This document shows positions 54,744 through 64,000 of a DNA stretch of 64,000 bases, piece by piece. Made by a program: the position numbers and the translations under genes. A model generated the notes under the pieces. That model was given only the letters and a program-made list of their open reading frames with translations. It was not told the DNA's origin and searched no databases. Position 1 is the first letter of the stretch, and each line of letters opens with the position of its first letter. The DNA comes from an uncultured Candidatus Saccharibacteria bacterium. Lineage in GTDB: Bacteria; Patescibacteriota; Minisyncoccia; Phycocordibacterales; UBA9973. The DNA lies in the NCBI GenBank assembly GCA_964573395.1, contig CAZNJI010000004.1:27379-91378 (forward strand). The letters run 5' to 3'.

Positions 54744-55415
54744 TTACTTTTCAAGCGGCGCATGCGCCAATGCGAATCCGATCGATCGCTTTGCTCCCGC
54801 CATTTCAAGCGCTTTTCGGGCGGCAGAGAGCGTTGCTCCGGTAGTTACCACGTCATCAACGCATATATACATAGTGCGAGGGTTCGTTTCTGCGCCAAAC
54901 GAAAATATCTGCTCCATGTTCCGAAGCCGCGCTTCGCGATTTTGCATTTTGGTCTGCGGCAACGCCTGCTTCGTTTTTTGCAGAGCGTTTTGAATCGATA
55001 TATGTTCAAACGGCAGCGTTTTCTTGAGCGCTTTTGCGATGACGAGCGATTGGTTGAATCCGCGCGCCCGGCCGTGCTGTGTGCTGGCAGGAATCGGAAC
55101 AAGAACGATGCGCGTACCTGCATCCGTTTCCATCCGTTCATCGAGATGGCTAATGAGCACGTCGCCTGCAAGGCGGGAAAGCAGCCGTGCGCCTTGGGTG
55201 CGATGGCGGTACTTCAAATCGTGGATGCAGGTTTTTATGAGCGTGTCCCGATAGGAGAAAGCGCCCAAAACGCCAGGTATGCCGGTTTCCCGCGCCGGTG
55301 CTAATCGAGCGCTGCAGGGAGAGCAAAGATAAAAGCCATGCCTACCGCAACCGAGGCACTTTGGCGGAAAGAGAAAATCGAGGAGGCGGCCGAGCATAGA
55401 AGAAGCACGATGCAT
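54744..55415 (-). CDS. comF: ComF-family protein (competence protein F / phosphoribosyltransferase-like)
   Basis: N-terminal Cys4 motif (CLGCG...CSPC) and C-terminal PRTase motif YICVDDVVTTGATL. Start taken at the internal Met (MHRASSM) because the ORF-track start would overlap divergent pilM. Confidence 0.7.
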   Translation of the reverse strand: MHRASSMLGRLLDFLFPPKCLGCGRHGFYLCSPCSARLAPARETGIPGVLGAFSYRDTLIKTCIHDLKYRHRTQGARLLSRLAGDVLISHLDERMETDAGTRIVLVPIPASTQHGRARGFNQSLVIAKALKKTLPFEHISIQNALQKTKQALPQTKMQNREARLRNMEQIFSFGAETNPRTMYICVDDVVTTGATLSAARKALEMAGAKRSIGFALAHAPLEK

Positions 55416-55434
55416 AGCGTATACTATAACAATA

Positions 55435-56562
55435 ATGGAAAAACTGATTTCGGCAATGAAAAGAATGTTTGCCTTCGGAGGAGGCGATAATAATGTCGCC
55501 ATTGGCATTGATATTGGCACCTCTTCAATCAAAGTAGTGCAAATCAAAAAAGAGGGAGGCCGGGCAGTGCTCGATACCTATGGTGCGCTCGCGCTTGGCC
55601 CGTATGCAGACGAAAAGGGAATGATCGGCCAGGTAACGAATCTCTCTCCCGAGCAGCTTGCCCGGGCGCTGAAGGACGTACTGCGGGAAACGAACATTAC
55701 GAGCAAGAATGCGGTGCTCGGCATTCCATCCATTTCATGCATCATTTTCATCATCCAGCTGCCGGCAGTCATCAATGAATCCGAATTTGCGACCGTCATT
55801 CCAAACGAAGCGAAGAAATTCATTCCGGTTCCGCTTTCTGACGTCACGCTCGATTGGTACGTGATTCCGCGCCGCGAAGACTCGAGTACGCAGGTTGACG
55901 CGCTTGCCGCCAGCGGCGGAGAGCTGAAAGTTTCCATTCTGGTCGTCGCGACGCTCAATGATACGCTGGTGAAATACACGAGCACGCTCCAAAAAACAGG
56001 GCTGCCGGTCGATGCGCTTGAGATTGACGTTTTTTCAAGCATCCGCTCGATCCTCTCACGGGAACTTTCGCCGGTACTGCTCATGGACATTGGCGCATCG
56101 AAAACAAAGCTCGCAATCGTAGAGCATGGCATCGTTGAGACGTTCCATTTGGTAAACAAAGGAGGGCAGGACATTACCCTTGGCATTGCGCGGAGCTTGG
56201 AAATTCCGTTCGATCGGGCTGAAGTAATTAAAAAAGAGCACGGGCTGGTGCCGGGAACGGATTATCCGAAGCTTCCCGAGATCATCAAGGGCCAACTGGC
56301 AACCATTATTACGGAGACGAACACCATTTTGCTCGCGTACGAGAAGCGCTATAACAAAAATGTCTCGAAGGTCATCTTTACGGGGGGCGGCGCGCTGACT
56401 CGCGGCATCTTTGAATATGCGCGAGAGCAGTTTTCAGCAGAAGTAGAGCTGGCAAATCCGTTCTCGAAGGTTGATGCGCCGGTATTTTTGCAAGGCGTGC
56501 TCAAAGCAACTGGCCCTGAGTTTGCCATTGCCATCGGATTGGCGCTGAAGCGGCTGCAATAA
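55435..56562 (+). CDS. pilM: Type IV pilus assembly protein PilM (actin-like ATPase)
   Basis: VAIGIDIGTSSIKVVQIK start and actin/FtsA-like fold motifs; followed by pilN/O-like genes. Confidence 0.85.
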   Translation: MEKLISAMKRMFAFGGGDNNVAIGIDIGTSSIKVVQIKKEGGRAVLDTYGALALGPYADEKGMIGQVTNLSPEQLARALKDVLRETNITSKNAVLGIPSISCIIFIIQLPAVINESEFATVIPNEAKKFIPVPLSDVTLDWYVIPRREDSSTQVDALAASGGELKVSILVVATLNDTLVKYTSTLQKTGLPVDALEIDVFSSIRSILSRELSPVLLMDIGASKTKLAIVEHGIVETFHLVNKGGQDITLGIARSLEIPFDRAEVIKKEHGLVPGTDYPKLPEIIKGQLATIITETNTILLAYEKRYNKNVSKVIFTGGGALTRGIFEYAREQFSAEVELANPFSKVDAPVFLQGVLKATGPEFAIAIGLALKRLQ

Positions 56563-56617
56563 GTGCAAAACTTTGTTTGTTTGCGTTTTCTCCGTGTTAT
56601 ACTTTTATGAGCAGCGC

Positions 56618-57274
56618 ATGGATCCAATCATCCCAACATCATTTATTCCAAAACGGCCAATCGTAACCGAACCGGCTGCGAATGTTTCTCGACGCTCGTC
56701 GAGTATTTGGTCGCTCCTTATTCCGGTTATCTTAGCCGCAACGCTTTTGGCGGCAGGCGGAGTATTCCTCTTCGAGCGCCAGCTTGAATCTCAAGTACAG
56801 CAGATGGAGAAAAAAATCAGCGCGGCGCGCGAATCATTCGGCAGCGACTTCATTACCCAGATGAAAACGCTCGACAACCGCATTACGGCCATCAAGAAAC
56901 TCATCCAAAGCCACGTCATCGTAACGCCTATTTTCCAAGCACTCCAAGATGCAACACTCCGTTCGGTGCAGTACAAATCATTTACCTATACGCTCGGAAC
57001 CGATGAAGTGAGCAAGCGCCGGGTTGTTAGAGTCGAAATGAACGGTACGGCACGCAATTACGAAACCATTGCGCTTCAGTCGGATGCGTTTGCAAAAAGC
57101 AAATTCATCAAAGATGCCGTATTTGCTAATTTGGTCGTCGACGAAAGAAAGGGAACGATTAATTTCAAGCTTAATTTCAACATTGACGCCGCAGCGGTGT
57201 CGTATCAGTCATACATTGATGCCTTGGCACGGCCAACGCCTGGCCAGTCACCGGTTGACGGAGTTACCCTATGA
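56618..57274 (+). CDS. pilN: PilN-like bitopic pilus assembly protein
   Basis: Single TM helix then coiled-coil; operon position. ATG 56618 is in frame with ORF 56573. Confidence 0.6.
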   Translation: MDPIIPTSFIPKRPIVTEPAANVSRRSSSIWSLLIPVILAATLLAAGGVFLFERQLESQVQQMEKKISAARESFGSDFITQMKTLDNRITAIKKLIQSHVIVTPIFQALQDATLRSVQYKSFTYTLGTDEVSKRRVVRVEMNGTARNYETIALQSDAFAKSKFIKDAVFANLVVDERKGTINFKLNFNIDAAAVSYQSYIDALARPTPGQSPVDGVTL

Positions 57275-57825
57275 TGCGATTTTTCACTTTCATTATTATT
57301 CTTGGCGCAAGCGTTGCAACCATCGTGCTGTTTGTGAATCCGCGTTATGCCCACATTAAAGAGCTCCGCGCGCAGGTGCGTTCCTACGACACGGCGTTGC
57401 AAAATGCCGAAGAACTTAAACGTGAGCGCGAAGAACTGCAGGCAAAGTACAATGGCATTCGGGTAGAAGACATCCATGCAGTTGAAACGGTGCTTCCTGA
57501 TAACGTTGATAACATACGGCTCATTATTCAAATGAATTCAATCGCGCTCAAAACGGGCATGTCATCGCTTCGAGACGTAAACTACAGCACCGAAGCAAAA
57601 ACGAATGTGGAAAAAAGCAAGGAGAGCGAACTCTACGGAGAATTTGAAACGAGTTTTTCCACTACCGGATCCTATAAGAATTTCTTGAACTTCATTGCTT
57701 CGCTTGAGCAGAACCTTCGCTTGGTAGACATTACGAAAGTGGCGTTCGAGGTGGTTGAAGATCCGACGAAGGTCGATAACAATAAATATACCGTTACGCT
57801 CAAAACGTATTGGCTGAAAAATTAA
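57271..57825 (+). CDS. pilO: PilO-like pilus assembly protein
   Basis: TM helix plus coiled-coil (IKELRAQVRSYDTALQNAEELKREREELQ); 4-bp overlap with the previous gene. Confidence 0.6.
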   Translation: MMRFFTFIIILGASVATIVLFVNPRYAHIKELRAQVRSYDTALQNAEELKREREELQAKYNGIRVEDIHAVETVLPDNVDNIRLIIQMNSIALKTGMSSLRDVNYSTEAKTNVEKSKESELYGEFETSFSTTGSYKNFLNFIASLEQNLRLVDITKVAFEVVEDPTKVDNNKYTVTLKTYWLKN

Positions 57826-57826
57826 T

Positions 57827-58510
57827 ATGATATCAAAACAGGTCAAAAAAATACTCATCGGGCTCGCAGTGGTTGCTCTTGCCATTTTGGGAATTGCCTA
57901 TGGCGGAAGAGGCAGCACCAGTCAGGAATCAACGGGGCTTACCAGCAGCCGAGTTGACGGCCCCATTGAAGAAGGGGTGGTTGCGCAGAGTAATGATGAA
58001 TTTCTGAGCATGCTCTTAAACGTTCGAAACATTACCATCGATACGTCTCTATTTAAAAACGAAGCATTTCTTTACCTCAAAGACCACCCGATTGTATTGG
58101 GAACGGATACCATCGGCCGCCCAAACCCATTCGCTCCGGTTGGAACCGATCCGTTGTACCAGAATGTTTCAGTGAACCAGCCAACCAGCCAGCAGTTCGG
58201 CTCAACTGCGCTTCCGGCAACAGGTATCGAAACGCTTCAGCCCGGCAAGGTGCGCGCAACGAGTGCCGAACTGGGAGCAAGCGTAAACTTTCCTGCAGGA
58301 ACCGGCCCTGCGGTAGTAACGTTTGAATACGGTACCAGTGAAGCGTCGTTTGTCCCAACTGAATCGCTCATCATTAATGCGGCGGGAACGGTAACATTGC
58401 CAGTCTCAGGACTTTTGAGAAATACGAAATACTTTGTTCGCGCATCGCTCGGTTACGGAACGCAAACGCTTCGAGGGTCGATTATGAGCTTTACGACGCC
58501 TGCGCAGTAG
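57827..58510 (+). CDS. Hypothetical bitopic protein in the pilus operon (PilP/PilX-like?)
   Basis: TM anchor then extracellular beta-rich domain; operon position only. Confidence 0.4.
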   Translation: MISKQVKKILIGLAVVALAILGIAYGGRGSTSQESTGLTSSRVDGPIEEGVVAQSNDEFLSMLLNVRNITIDTSLFKNEAFLYLKDHPIVLGTDTIGRPNPFAPVGTDPLYQNVSVNQPTSQQFGSTALPATGIETLQPGKVRATSAELGASVNFPAGTGPAVVTFEYGTSEASFVPTESLIINAAGTVTLPVSGLLRNTKYFVRASLGYGTQTLRGSIMSFTTPAQ

Positions 58511-58530
58511 GCACGCTACTCTTTATTTAA

Positions 58531-60261
58531 ATGACCTTTCTCGATTTTCTGTTAGAGCAGAATATTATCACTCCTTCCCAGCACCAGGACATATTGACGA
58601 GACTTGATACGGAGTTCCATGGCAGCGTTACGAACGCTGTCGCTGCACTTGGCATTCCTACGGAAACGCTGACGCAGGCAAAAGCAACATTTTACCGCGT
58701 GCCGTATCAAAAAGTAAATTCCCAGAACGTCCCGTTTGAAATCATGCGGTTTATTGAAGAGGATGCCGCACGGCATTACCGCTTCGTGCCGATCGCGTTT
58801 TCCGATGACGTGCTTTCGGTTGGCATTACCGAACCTGAAAATATTGAAGGAATGAATGCGCTCCAGTTCATTTCTGCAAAACTGAATGTGCCATTCAAGG
58901 TATTTCTCATTTCAGAAAACGATTTTAACGACGTGCTGCAGAATTACCGGGGCGTAACCCATGAGGTAGACCGCGCGCTGGATGACTTGAATACCGAACT
59001 GACGGAAGCAAGCGCAGAAGTCTCGAAAGAAAAAACGCAAAAGCAGAAAGTAGAAGAAAAAATCAACGCTGAAAAAATCATTGAAGACGCACCGATCATC
59101 AAGATCGTGGCGGTGATCATCAACCACGCCGTTGAAGGATCCGCGTCAGACATTCATATTGAGCATACCGGGGAAAAAGTGAAAGTGCGCTACCGCGTTG
59201 ACGGAGTGCTGCACACGACGCTCATCATGCCTCTCAATACGTTCGACGGCATCATTGCCCGCATTAAAATCTTGGCGAAACTGCGCCTCGATGAAAAACG
59301 AAAACCGCAAGACGGAAGCTTTGCGACGATTGTCGAAGGAAGAAAGATTGAATTCCGTGTCTCAACCTTTCCGGCATACTACGGCGAAAAAGTGGTAATG
59401 CGTATTCTCGATTCCGAGCGGGGAGTAGTAGCACTTGAGTCATTGAATCTTTCTGAAACCAACTACAAGCTAATTAATGACGCACTCAGTAAACCGCACG
59501 GCCTCGTACTTATTACCGGCCCAACTGGATCTGGTAAATCAACAACGCTCTATTCGATGCTCAGTAAAATCGATCGGGAAGGATACAATGTTGTTTCTTT
59601 GGAAGATCCGGTTGAGTATCAGGTGGCTGGTGTTTCGCAATCGCAAGTACTGCCCGAGATTGGCTATACGTTTGCAACCGGTCTGCGCTCCATTTTGCGC
59701 CAAGACCCAGACATCATCATGGTGGGGGAAATCCGCGATAAGGAAACCGCACAGCTTGCGATCCAGGCGTCGCTTACCGGACACTTGGTATTCTCAACCC
59801 TCCACACCAATACTTCGATTGGCGCAATTCCTCGATTGATCGACATGGGAGTTGACCCGTACCTCATTGCGCCAACCTTGAAACTGGTGATTGCGCAGCG
59901 TCTGGCTCGCCGGGTCCACCCGAGTGCGCGAAAGAAGATTCCGATAGATAATGCGACAAAAGAATTCGTTAAAAAACAGTTTTCCGATCTTCCGGAAGCG
60001 TTCTTGAAGACGCTGCCGATCGGGGAGTCGATGTATGAGATTGTTCCATCTTCAGAATGCCCATCGGGGACGAGGGGCCGCATTGCCGTATTTGAAATGT
60101 TCGAAGTGGATAACGATCTGCAGGAGCTTATATTGAAAGGCCCGGGCGAGCAGGAGCTTTTTGAGATGCTTCGCAAAAAGGGCATGCTGACGATTCGCGA
60201 AGATGCCCTCTTGAAGGCGCTCCAGGGGGAGATTATGATGCAGGAAGTGTATAGCTTCTAG
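58531..60261 (+). CDS. pilB: Type IV pilus assembly ATPase PilB (GspE family)
   Basis: Walker A LITGPTGSGKSTTLYSML; Asp box; His box GHLVFSTLHTN; tetracysteine-like CPSG...; N-terminal GspE_N domain. Confidence 0.93.
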   Translation: MTFLDFLLEQNIITPSQHQDILTRLDTEFHGSVTNAVAALGIPTETLTQAKATFYRVPYQKVNSQNVPFEIMRFIEEDAARHYRFVPIAFSDDVLSVGITEPENIEGMNALQFISAKLNVPFKVFLISENDFNDVLQNYRGVTHEVDRALDDLNTELTEASAEVSKEKTQKQKVEEKINAEKIIEDAPIIKIVAVIINHAVEGSASDIHIEHTGEKVKVRYRVDGVLHTTLIMPLNTFDGIIARIKILAKLRLDEKRKPQDGSFATIVEGRKIEFRVSTFPAYYGEKVVMRILDSERGVVALESLNLSETNYKLINDALSKPHGLVLITGPTGSGKSTTLYSMLSKIDREGYNVVSLEDPVEYQVAGVSQSQVLPEIGYTFATGLRSILRQDPDIIMVGEIRDKETAQLAIQASLTGHLVFSTLHTNTSIGAIPRLIDMGVDPYLIAPTLKLVIAQRLARRVHPSARKKIPIDNATKEFVKKQFSDLPEAFLKTLPIGESMYEIVPSSECPSGTRGRIAVFEMFEVDNDLQELILKGPGEQELFEMLRKKGMLTIREDALLKALQGEIMMQEVYSF

Positions 60262-60268
60262 TCCGGGT

Positions 60269-60372
60269 CCAGCCGTAGTTTTGCGTTATATAGAGAGCGC
60301 GTGAGTAGTTCTTATTGGGGTGCGCAGTCTTCTTAAATTAACAAGCCGCAGGACTAGCAAAACTACGGCTGG
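60269..60372. promoter_or_regulatory. 16-bp perfect inverted repeat (CCAGCCGTAGTTTTGC ... GCAAAACTACGGCTGG, 72-bp spacer) abutting a TATAAT -10 box
   Basis: Arms 60269-60284 and 60357-60372 are exact reverse complements. TATAAT at 60377-60382 lies 11 bp before the REC start codon. Confidence 0.6.
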
Positions 60373-60392
60373 GCGGTATAATAAAAAGCAGT

Positions 60393-60791
60393 ATGGAAAA
60401 AGAAAAGAACAAGAAAACGATTTTTATTGTTGATGATGACAGTTTCCTCCTCGACATGTACGCGCTTCGCTTCACCCAAGCAGGGTTTCAGGTTGAAACC
60501 GCAATGAATGCCGAACAGGCGCTTGAAAAGCTCCGTGCCGGATTAGTTCCCGACGTGATGCTCCTTGACATCGTGATGCCAATCATGGACGGCTTCGAGC
60601 TTTTAGAGGCGATTAACGCCGAAAAGCTTATTTCCGGATCGGTAAGAATCATTCTCTCTAACCTCGGCCAGCAGCAGGATTTTGACCGCGGCAAAGAGCT
60701 TGGCGCGGATAGTTACATCGTGAAGGCAAACAGCACTCCGTCGGAGGTCGTTGCGCACGTAAACGACGTCTTAAAAGAGCACGGAAAATAA
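60393..60791 (+). CDS. Single-domain response regulator (REC only) embedded in the pilus operon (PilH/PilG-like)
   Basis: IFIVDDD...MLLDIVMPIMDGF...IILSNLGQQQD...K motifs. Confidence 0.85.
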   Translation: MEKEKNKKTIFIVDDDSFLLDMYALRFTQAGFQVETAMNAEQALEKLRAGLVPDVMLLDIVMPIMDGFELLEAINAEKLISGSVRIILSNLGQQQDFDRGKELGADSYIVKANSTPSEVVAHVNDVLKEHGK

Positions 60792-60793
60792 CT

Positions 60794-61852
60794 ATGCAAC
60801 ACCATAAGGAGTTAGAAGAATTGTTCGAGATTTTGGTCCGAGAAGGAGGATCTGATCTGTACATTGCATCCGGACGGTTTCCAACCATTCGCGTTAATGG
60901 CGAACTCGTTTTTTTGATGACCCGAGCGCAGTTTACCGAAGATGATGTCCGGTCGATATTGAAACTGCTTATTTCAAAAACTCATTATGAACATTTTGAA
61001 AAAGAACAGGAAGTAGATTTTTCATACGAATATAAAAAAGAGGCGCGTTTGCGCGGAAACGCCTTCATTCAGCGCGGTGTCTGTTCAATCATCATGCGCC
61101 TGATTCCGAAAGTGAAAACGCTTGAGGAGCTCAATTTGCCGCCGATTCTTGCTGATTTTGCCCGAAAGCGGCAAGGGTTCTTCCTGGTGGTCGGACCGGT
61201 CGGTTCCGGAAAATCTTCAACCATGGCTTCGATGGTCAATATCATCAACCAAGAGCGGGCCGCTCATATCTTAACGGTCGAAGATCCGGTCGAGTATGTC
61301 TACGACCAAGGGAAATCGATTATCGACCAGCGGGAAGTAGGCATTGATACGAAAGATTTTGCTTCAGCGCTCAAGTCGGCATTCCGGCAGGACATGAATG
61401 TCATCTTGATTGGAGAAATGAGAAACCCGGAAACAATCTCAAGCGCCGTAACCGCCGCTGAAACGGGGCACCTGGTGCTCTCGACGCTCCACACGAACAC
61501 TGCATCGCAAACTATCGACCGCATCATCGACTCATTCCCGCCTGCACAGCAAGACCAGATTCGCATCCAGCTTGCCGCCTCTTTGGTCGGAGTATTTTCA
61601 CAGCGTTTGGTGCCGAAGGTAACCGGAGGCCGCATTCCGGCGTACGAGCTCATGATGAACAACAACGCGGTTGCGAACCTGATCCGCGAAAAACGAACGC
61701 ATGAAATCGACATCGTGATTGAAACCGGGTATGAGCAGGGAATGGTCGACATGAACCGATCGCTGGTCGACTTAGTTCGCCGCGGAGAAATTACCATCGA
61801 AAATGCGTACGCATTTTCGACGAATCCGAAGACGCTTGAGCGACTTCTATAA
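60794..61852 (+). CDS. pilT: Twitching-motility retraction ATPase PilT
   Basis: Walker A FLVVGPVGSGKSSTMASM; GHLVLSTLHTN; AIRNLIRE-like ANLIREKRTHEI motif. Confidence 0.92.
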   Translation: MQHHKELEELFEILVREGGSDLYIASGRFPTIRVNGELVFLMTRAQFTEDDVRSILKLLISKTHYEHFEKEQEVDFSYEYKKEARLRGNAFIQRGVCSIIMRLIPKVKTLEELNLPPILADFARKRQGFFLVVGPVGSGKSSTMASMVNIINQERAAHILTVEDPVEYVYDQGKSIIDQREVGIDTKDFASALKSAFRQDMNVILIGEMRNPETISSAVTAAETGHLVLSTLHTNTASQTIDRIIDSFPPAQQDQIRIQLAASLVGVFSQRLVPKVTGGRIPAYELMMNNNAVANLIREKRTHEIDIVIETGYEQGMVDMNRSLVDLVRRGEITIENAYAFSTNPKTLERLL

Positions 61853-61854
61853 TC

Positions 61855-63063
61855 ATGATCTATCGCTACACTGCAGTAACTGAAAAAGGGGAAAAACGGG
61901 ACGGCGTCATCGAAGCGGTGAGCCGCGAACTTGCCGTTGCCGGCTTGCAGCGCCGCGGGCTGATCGTTACCTCGCTGAAGACCGAAGCGGAGTCGAAGAA
62001 ATGGTTTGAAATAACAATCTTCGAGAAAGTGCCGATGAAAGAGATTGTGATTCTTTCCCGGCAGATGGCAACGCTGTTCGAAGCCCAAGTCTCCGCGCTC
62101 AAGGCGTTTAATCTGCTTGCAGGGAACACTGAAAACAGGCTCCTGCAGCAGAAGCTCACCCAGGTAGTTGCCGACTTGCAGGCCGGCGCCTCAATTGCAA
62201 ACGCGCTCGGAAAGCACACCGATGTTTTTTCCGAATTTTACGTCAACATGGTTCGTGCCGGGGAAGAGTCGGGTAAATTAACGGATGTATTCAACTATCT
62301 TGCCGACTATCTCGATCGCCAATATGCGCTCACCTCAAAAACGAAACACGCGTTGGTGTACCCATCGTTCGTGATTGGTATTTTCATTTTGGTGATGTCG
62401 CTTATGTTTACCGTCGTCATTCCGAAGCTCTCTGTTATTATTCTTGAAAGCGGGCAGGAAATTCCTATTTACACGCGCATGGTTATTGCTACCAGTAACT
62501 TTTTTGTGAACTACGGCTTATACTTGCTTATTTTCCTTGTTGTACTCGGTTTTTACTTCTTCCAGCTTTCTCGTTCTCCAAAAGGGAAAGCGTACCTTGA
62601 TGAAGCGAAGTTGACGTTTCCAGTGTTTGGAAACCTGTACCGAAAGCTCTACCTTGCCCGAATTGCAGACAACATGGACACGATGCTTTCGGCCGGCATC
62701 CCGATCGTTCGCGCCATTGAAATTACGGCAACGGTTGTTGGCAATCGCCGCTACCAGGGAATTATGACCGAAGCAATGCAGGCAGTGAAAAGCGGTAAGG
62801 CATTCTCGCAGTCGCTCGAAGGGCATCCGAAGGAAATTCCGGCGCTTATGCCGCAGATTATTCGCGTAGGAGAAGAAACCGGAAGCCTGGGCTCAATTTT
62901 GAAGATGCTTGCGAAGTTCTACAAGCGTGAAGTTGATGAGGCGATTGATACGCTGGTTGGCCTTATTGAACCATTCATGATTATTGTGCTCGGGTTAGGG
63001 GTAGGGCTCCTTCTGGTCTCGGTATTGGTGCCAATTTATAATATTGCGGGAAGTATCAGCTAG
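61855..63063 (+). CDS. pilC: Type IV pilus platform protein PilC (GspF family)
   Basis: Two GspF repeats and three TM segments; operon position. Confidence 0.9.
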   Translation: MIYRYTAVTEKGEKRDGVIEAVSRELAVAGLQRRGLIVTSLKTEAESKKWFEITIFEKVPMKEIVILSRQMATLFEAQVSALKAFNLLAGNTENRLLQQKLTQVVADLQAGASIANALGKHTDVFSEFYVNMVRAGEESGKLTDVFNYLADYLDRQYALTSKTKHALVYPSFVIGIFILVMSLMFTVVIPKLSVIILESGQEIPIYTRMVIATSNFFVNYGLYLLIFLVVLGFYFFQLSRSPKGKAYLDEAKLTFPVFGNLYRKLYLARIADNMDTMLSAGIPIVRAIEITATVVGNRRYQGIMTEAMQAVKSGKAFSQSLEGHPKEIPALMPQIIRVGEETGSLGSILKMLAKFYKREVDEAIDTLVGLIEPFMIIVLGLGVGLLLVSVLVPIYNIAGSIS

Positions 63064-63068
63064 TTTCG

Positions 63069-63121
63069 TCATAGTTTTTCACACATGTTGTTGTGAAAAA
63101 CTATGATTGGGGGTGTATAAT
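63069..63121 (+). promoter_or_regulatory. 15-bp perfect palindrome (TCATAGTTTTTCACA-N8-TGTGAAAAACTATGA) plus TATAAT -10 upstream of the major pilin
   Basis: Arms 63069-63083 and 63092-63106; TATAAT at 63116-63121. Confidence 0.6.
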
Positions 63122-63182
63122 AAAAGGGTTACAAAGCGATTTGTAATAATCGATTATTAGCAGATACGAAAAAAAGTTTTTT

Positions 63183-63680
63183 ATGAAAAAGAATTTCAAT
63201 AGAGGTTTCACCCTGATTGAACTGTTGGTGGTTATTGCCATCATCGGTATCTTGGCCTCAGTGGTGCTTGCTTCTCTTAACTCTGCTCGAACCAAAGGAG
63301 CAGATGCAGCGATTAAGGCAAACCTGAATAACATGCGCGCACAGGCTGAGTTGTTCTATGACAGCAATAATAATTCATACCTCCCTTCAGGTGGTACGGC
63401 TATTACTACTGCAGCAACTTGCCCTACGTACAGCGCGACAGGAACAAGCATGGTTGCAAAAGATCAAAATATTGCAAATGCAATTGCTCAGGCAACAACC
63501 CAGGGTGGTGCAGGAAATGCATGTTACAATTCCGGATCCGCATGGGCAGTCGCTGTAACACTGAAGTCTGCAAACACTACTGCGTGGTGTGTTGACTCAA
63601 CTGGCCAGTCAAAACAGGCAACAATTACAGCAAGTACTCCTGCTGGTGCTATTTCAAACACCACAGGCGCTTGTAACTAA
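63183..63680 (+). CDS. pilA: Type IV pilin (prepilin with class III signal peptide)
   Basis: MKKNFNRG|FTLIELLVVIAIIGILASVVLASL is the prepilin peptidase site plus N-methylation helix. C-terminal Cys pair. Confidence 0.93.
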   Translation: MKKNFNRGFTLIELLVVIAIIGILASVVLASLNSARTKGADAAIKANLNNMRAQAELFYDSNNNSYLPSGGTAITTAATCPTYSATGTSMVAKDQNIANAIAQATTQGGAGNACYNSGSAWAVAVTLKSANTTAWCVDSTGQSKQATITASTPAGAISNTTGACN

Positions 63681-63698
63681 GCAGTATTGGTTTACATA

Positions 63699-63735
63699 AA
63701 AACACCAAACTATTATGTTTGGTGTTTTTTGTTTA
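63699..63735 (+). terminator. Rho-independent terminator (AAAAACACCAAAC-TATTATG-TTTGGTGTTTTTTGTTT)
   Basis: Hairpin plus T-run between the two pilin genes. Confidence 0.75.
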
Positions 63736-63747
63736 TAATAGAGAGGT

Positions 63748-64000
63748 ATGAATAAAAAGAAATACGACAAGGGATTTACCCTGCTTGAACTCTTAATAGT
63801 TATTGCGGTCATTGGAATTTTAACAGCAATTGTTGTTGCGTCATTAAGTAGTAGCCGGGCAAAGGGAGCTGATGCGGCGATTAAATCGAATCTAGCAAAT
63901 ATCCGCGCACAGGCTGAACTTGTTTCACCAACGCTCGGGAATACTTATGGAACTCGTGCCTCAGGTAGTTGTCCGGGTATTGCAAATACAGGAACTGGCA
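63748..64000 (+). CDS. Second type IV pilin paralogue, 3'-truncated by the window edge
   Basis: MNKKKYDKG|FTLLELLIVIAVIGILTAIVVASL prepilin leader; RBS GAGAGG. Confidence 0.88.
   Translation, partial: MNKKKYDKGFTLLELLIVIAVIGILTAIVVASLSSSRAKGADAAIKSNLANIRAQAELVSPTLGNTYGTRASGSCPGIANTGTG

Noticed and set aside
54738-55304. 188-aa plus-strand ORF
   Set aside because: Antisense to comF (54744-55415, minus strand), which has clear ComF motifs. Arg/Cys-rich junk translation.

Overview
This 64-kb window looks like it comes from a small-genome bacterium, probably a Candidate Phyla Radiation (Patescibacteria) member. That lineage call is an inference from gene content, mainly the absence of L30 between S5 and L15, many small hypotheticals and a type IV pilus locus. 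The first ~22 kb holds the end of fusA, tuf, and a long S10-spc-type ribosomal protein operon running rpsJ through map. The operon is broken up by non-ribosomal insertions: a 911-aa secreted lipase-like protein, a membrane protein, DUF1328, dgkA, a GIY-YIG gene and a 211-aa hypothetical. It is followed by a reversed infC-rpmI-rplT unit and truB. The middle of the window is accessory-looking. It has small hypotheticals, ArsR and VanZ genes, a dense nest of perfect palindromes, and a copper-resistance cassette (csoR-copA-HMA/DsbD-like-Cu-binding protein). The cassette is bounded by a perfect 42-bp inverted repeat and sits next to the 3' end of a minus-strand tmRNA. A second GIY-YIG gene is wedged between smpB and ssrA. 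Further on come pepF, ftsH, a CapA-M15 peptidase fusion, a tRNA-Ile with anticodon UAU, a 1364-aa multi-domain surface protein, recG, a soluble histidine kinase with a REC-only partner, and DoxX with a Cys-rich tail. A tRNA-Ser(GCU) is followed by an array of direct and inverted copies of its own 3' end that look like serial integration scars. Downstream of that is an AT-rich putative island: DUF397, a small serine hydrolase, and a 1912-aa giant protein with six tandem modules and a C-terminal S74-type chaperone domain. The window ends with a type IV pilus locus: comF divergent, then pilM-N-O-X-pilB-REC-pilT-pilC and two pilins. All product calls come from motifs I recognised by eye in the translations. 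No database search was run.
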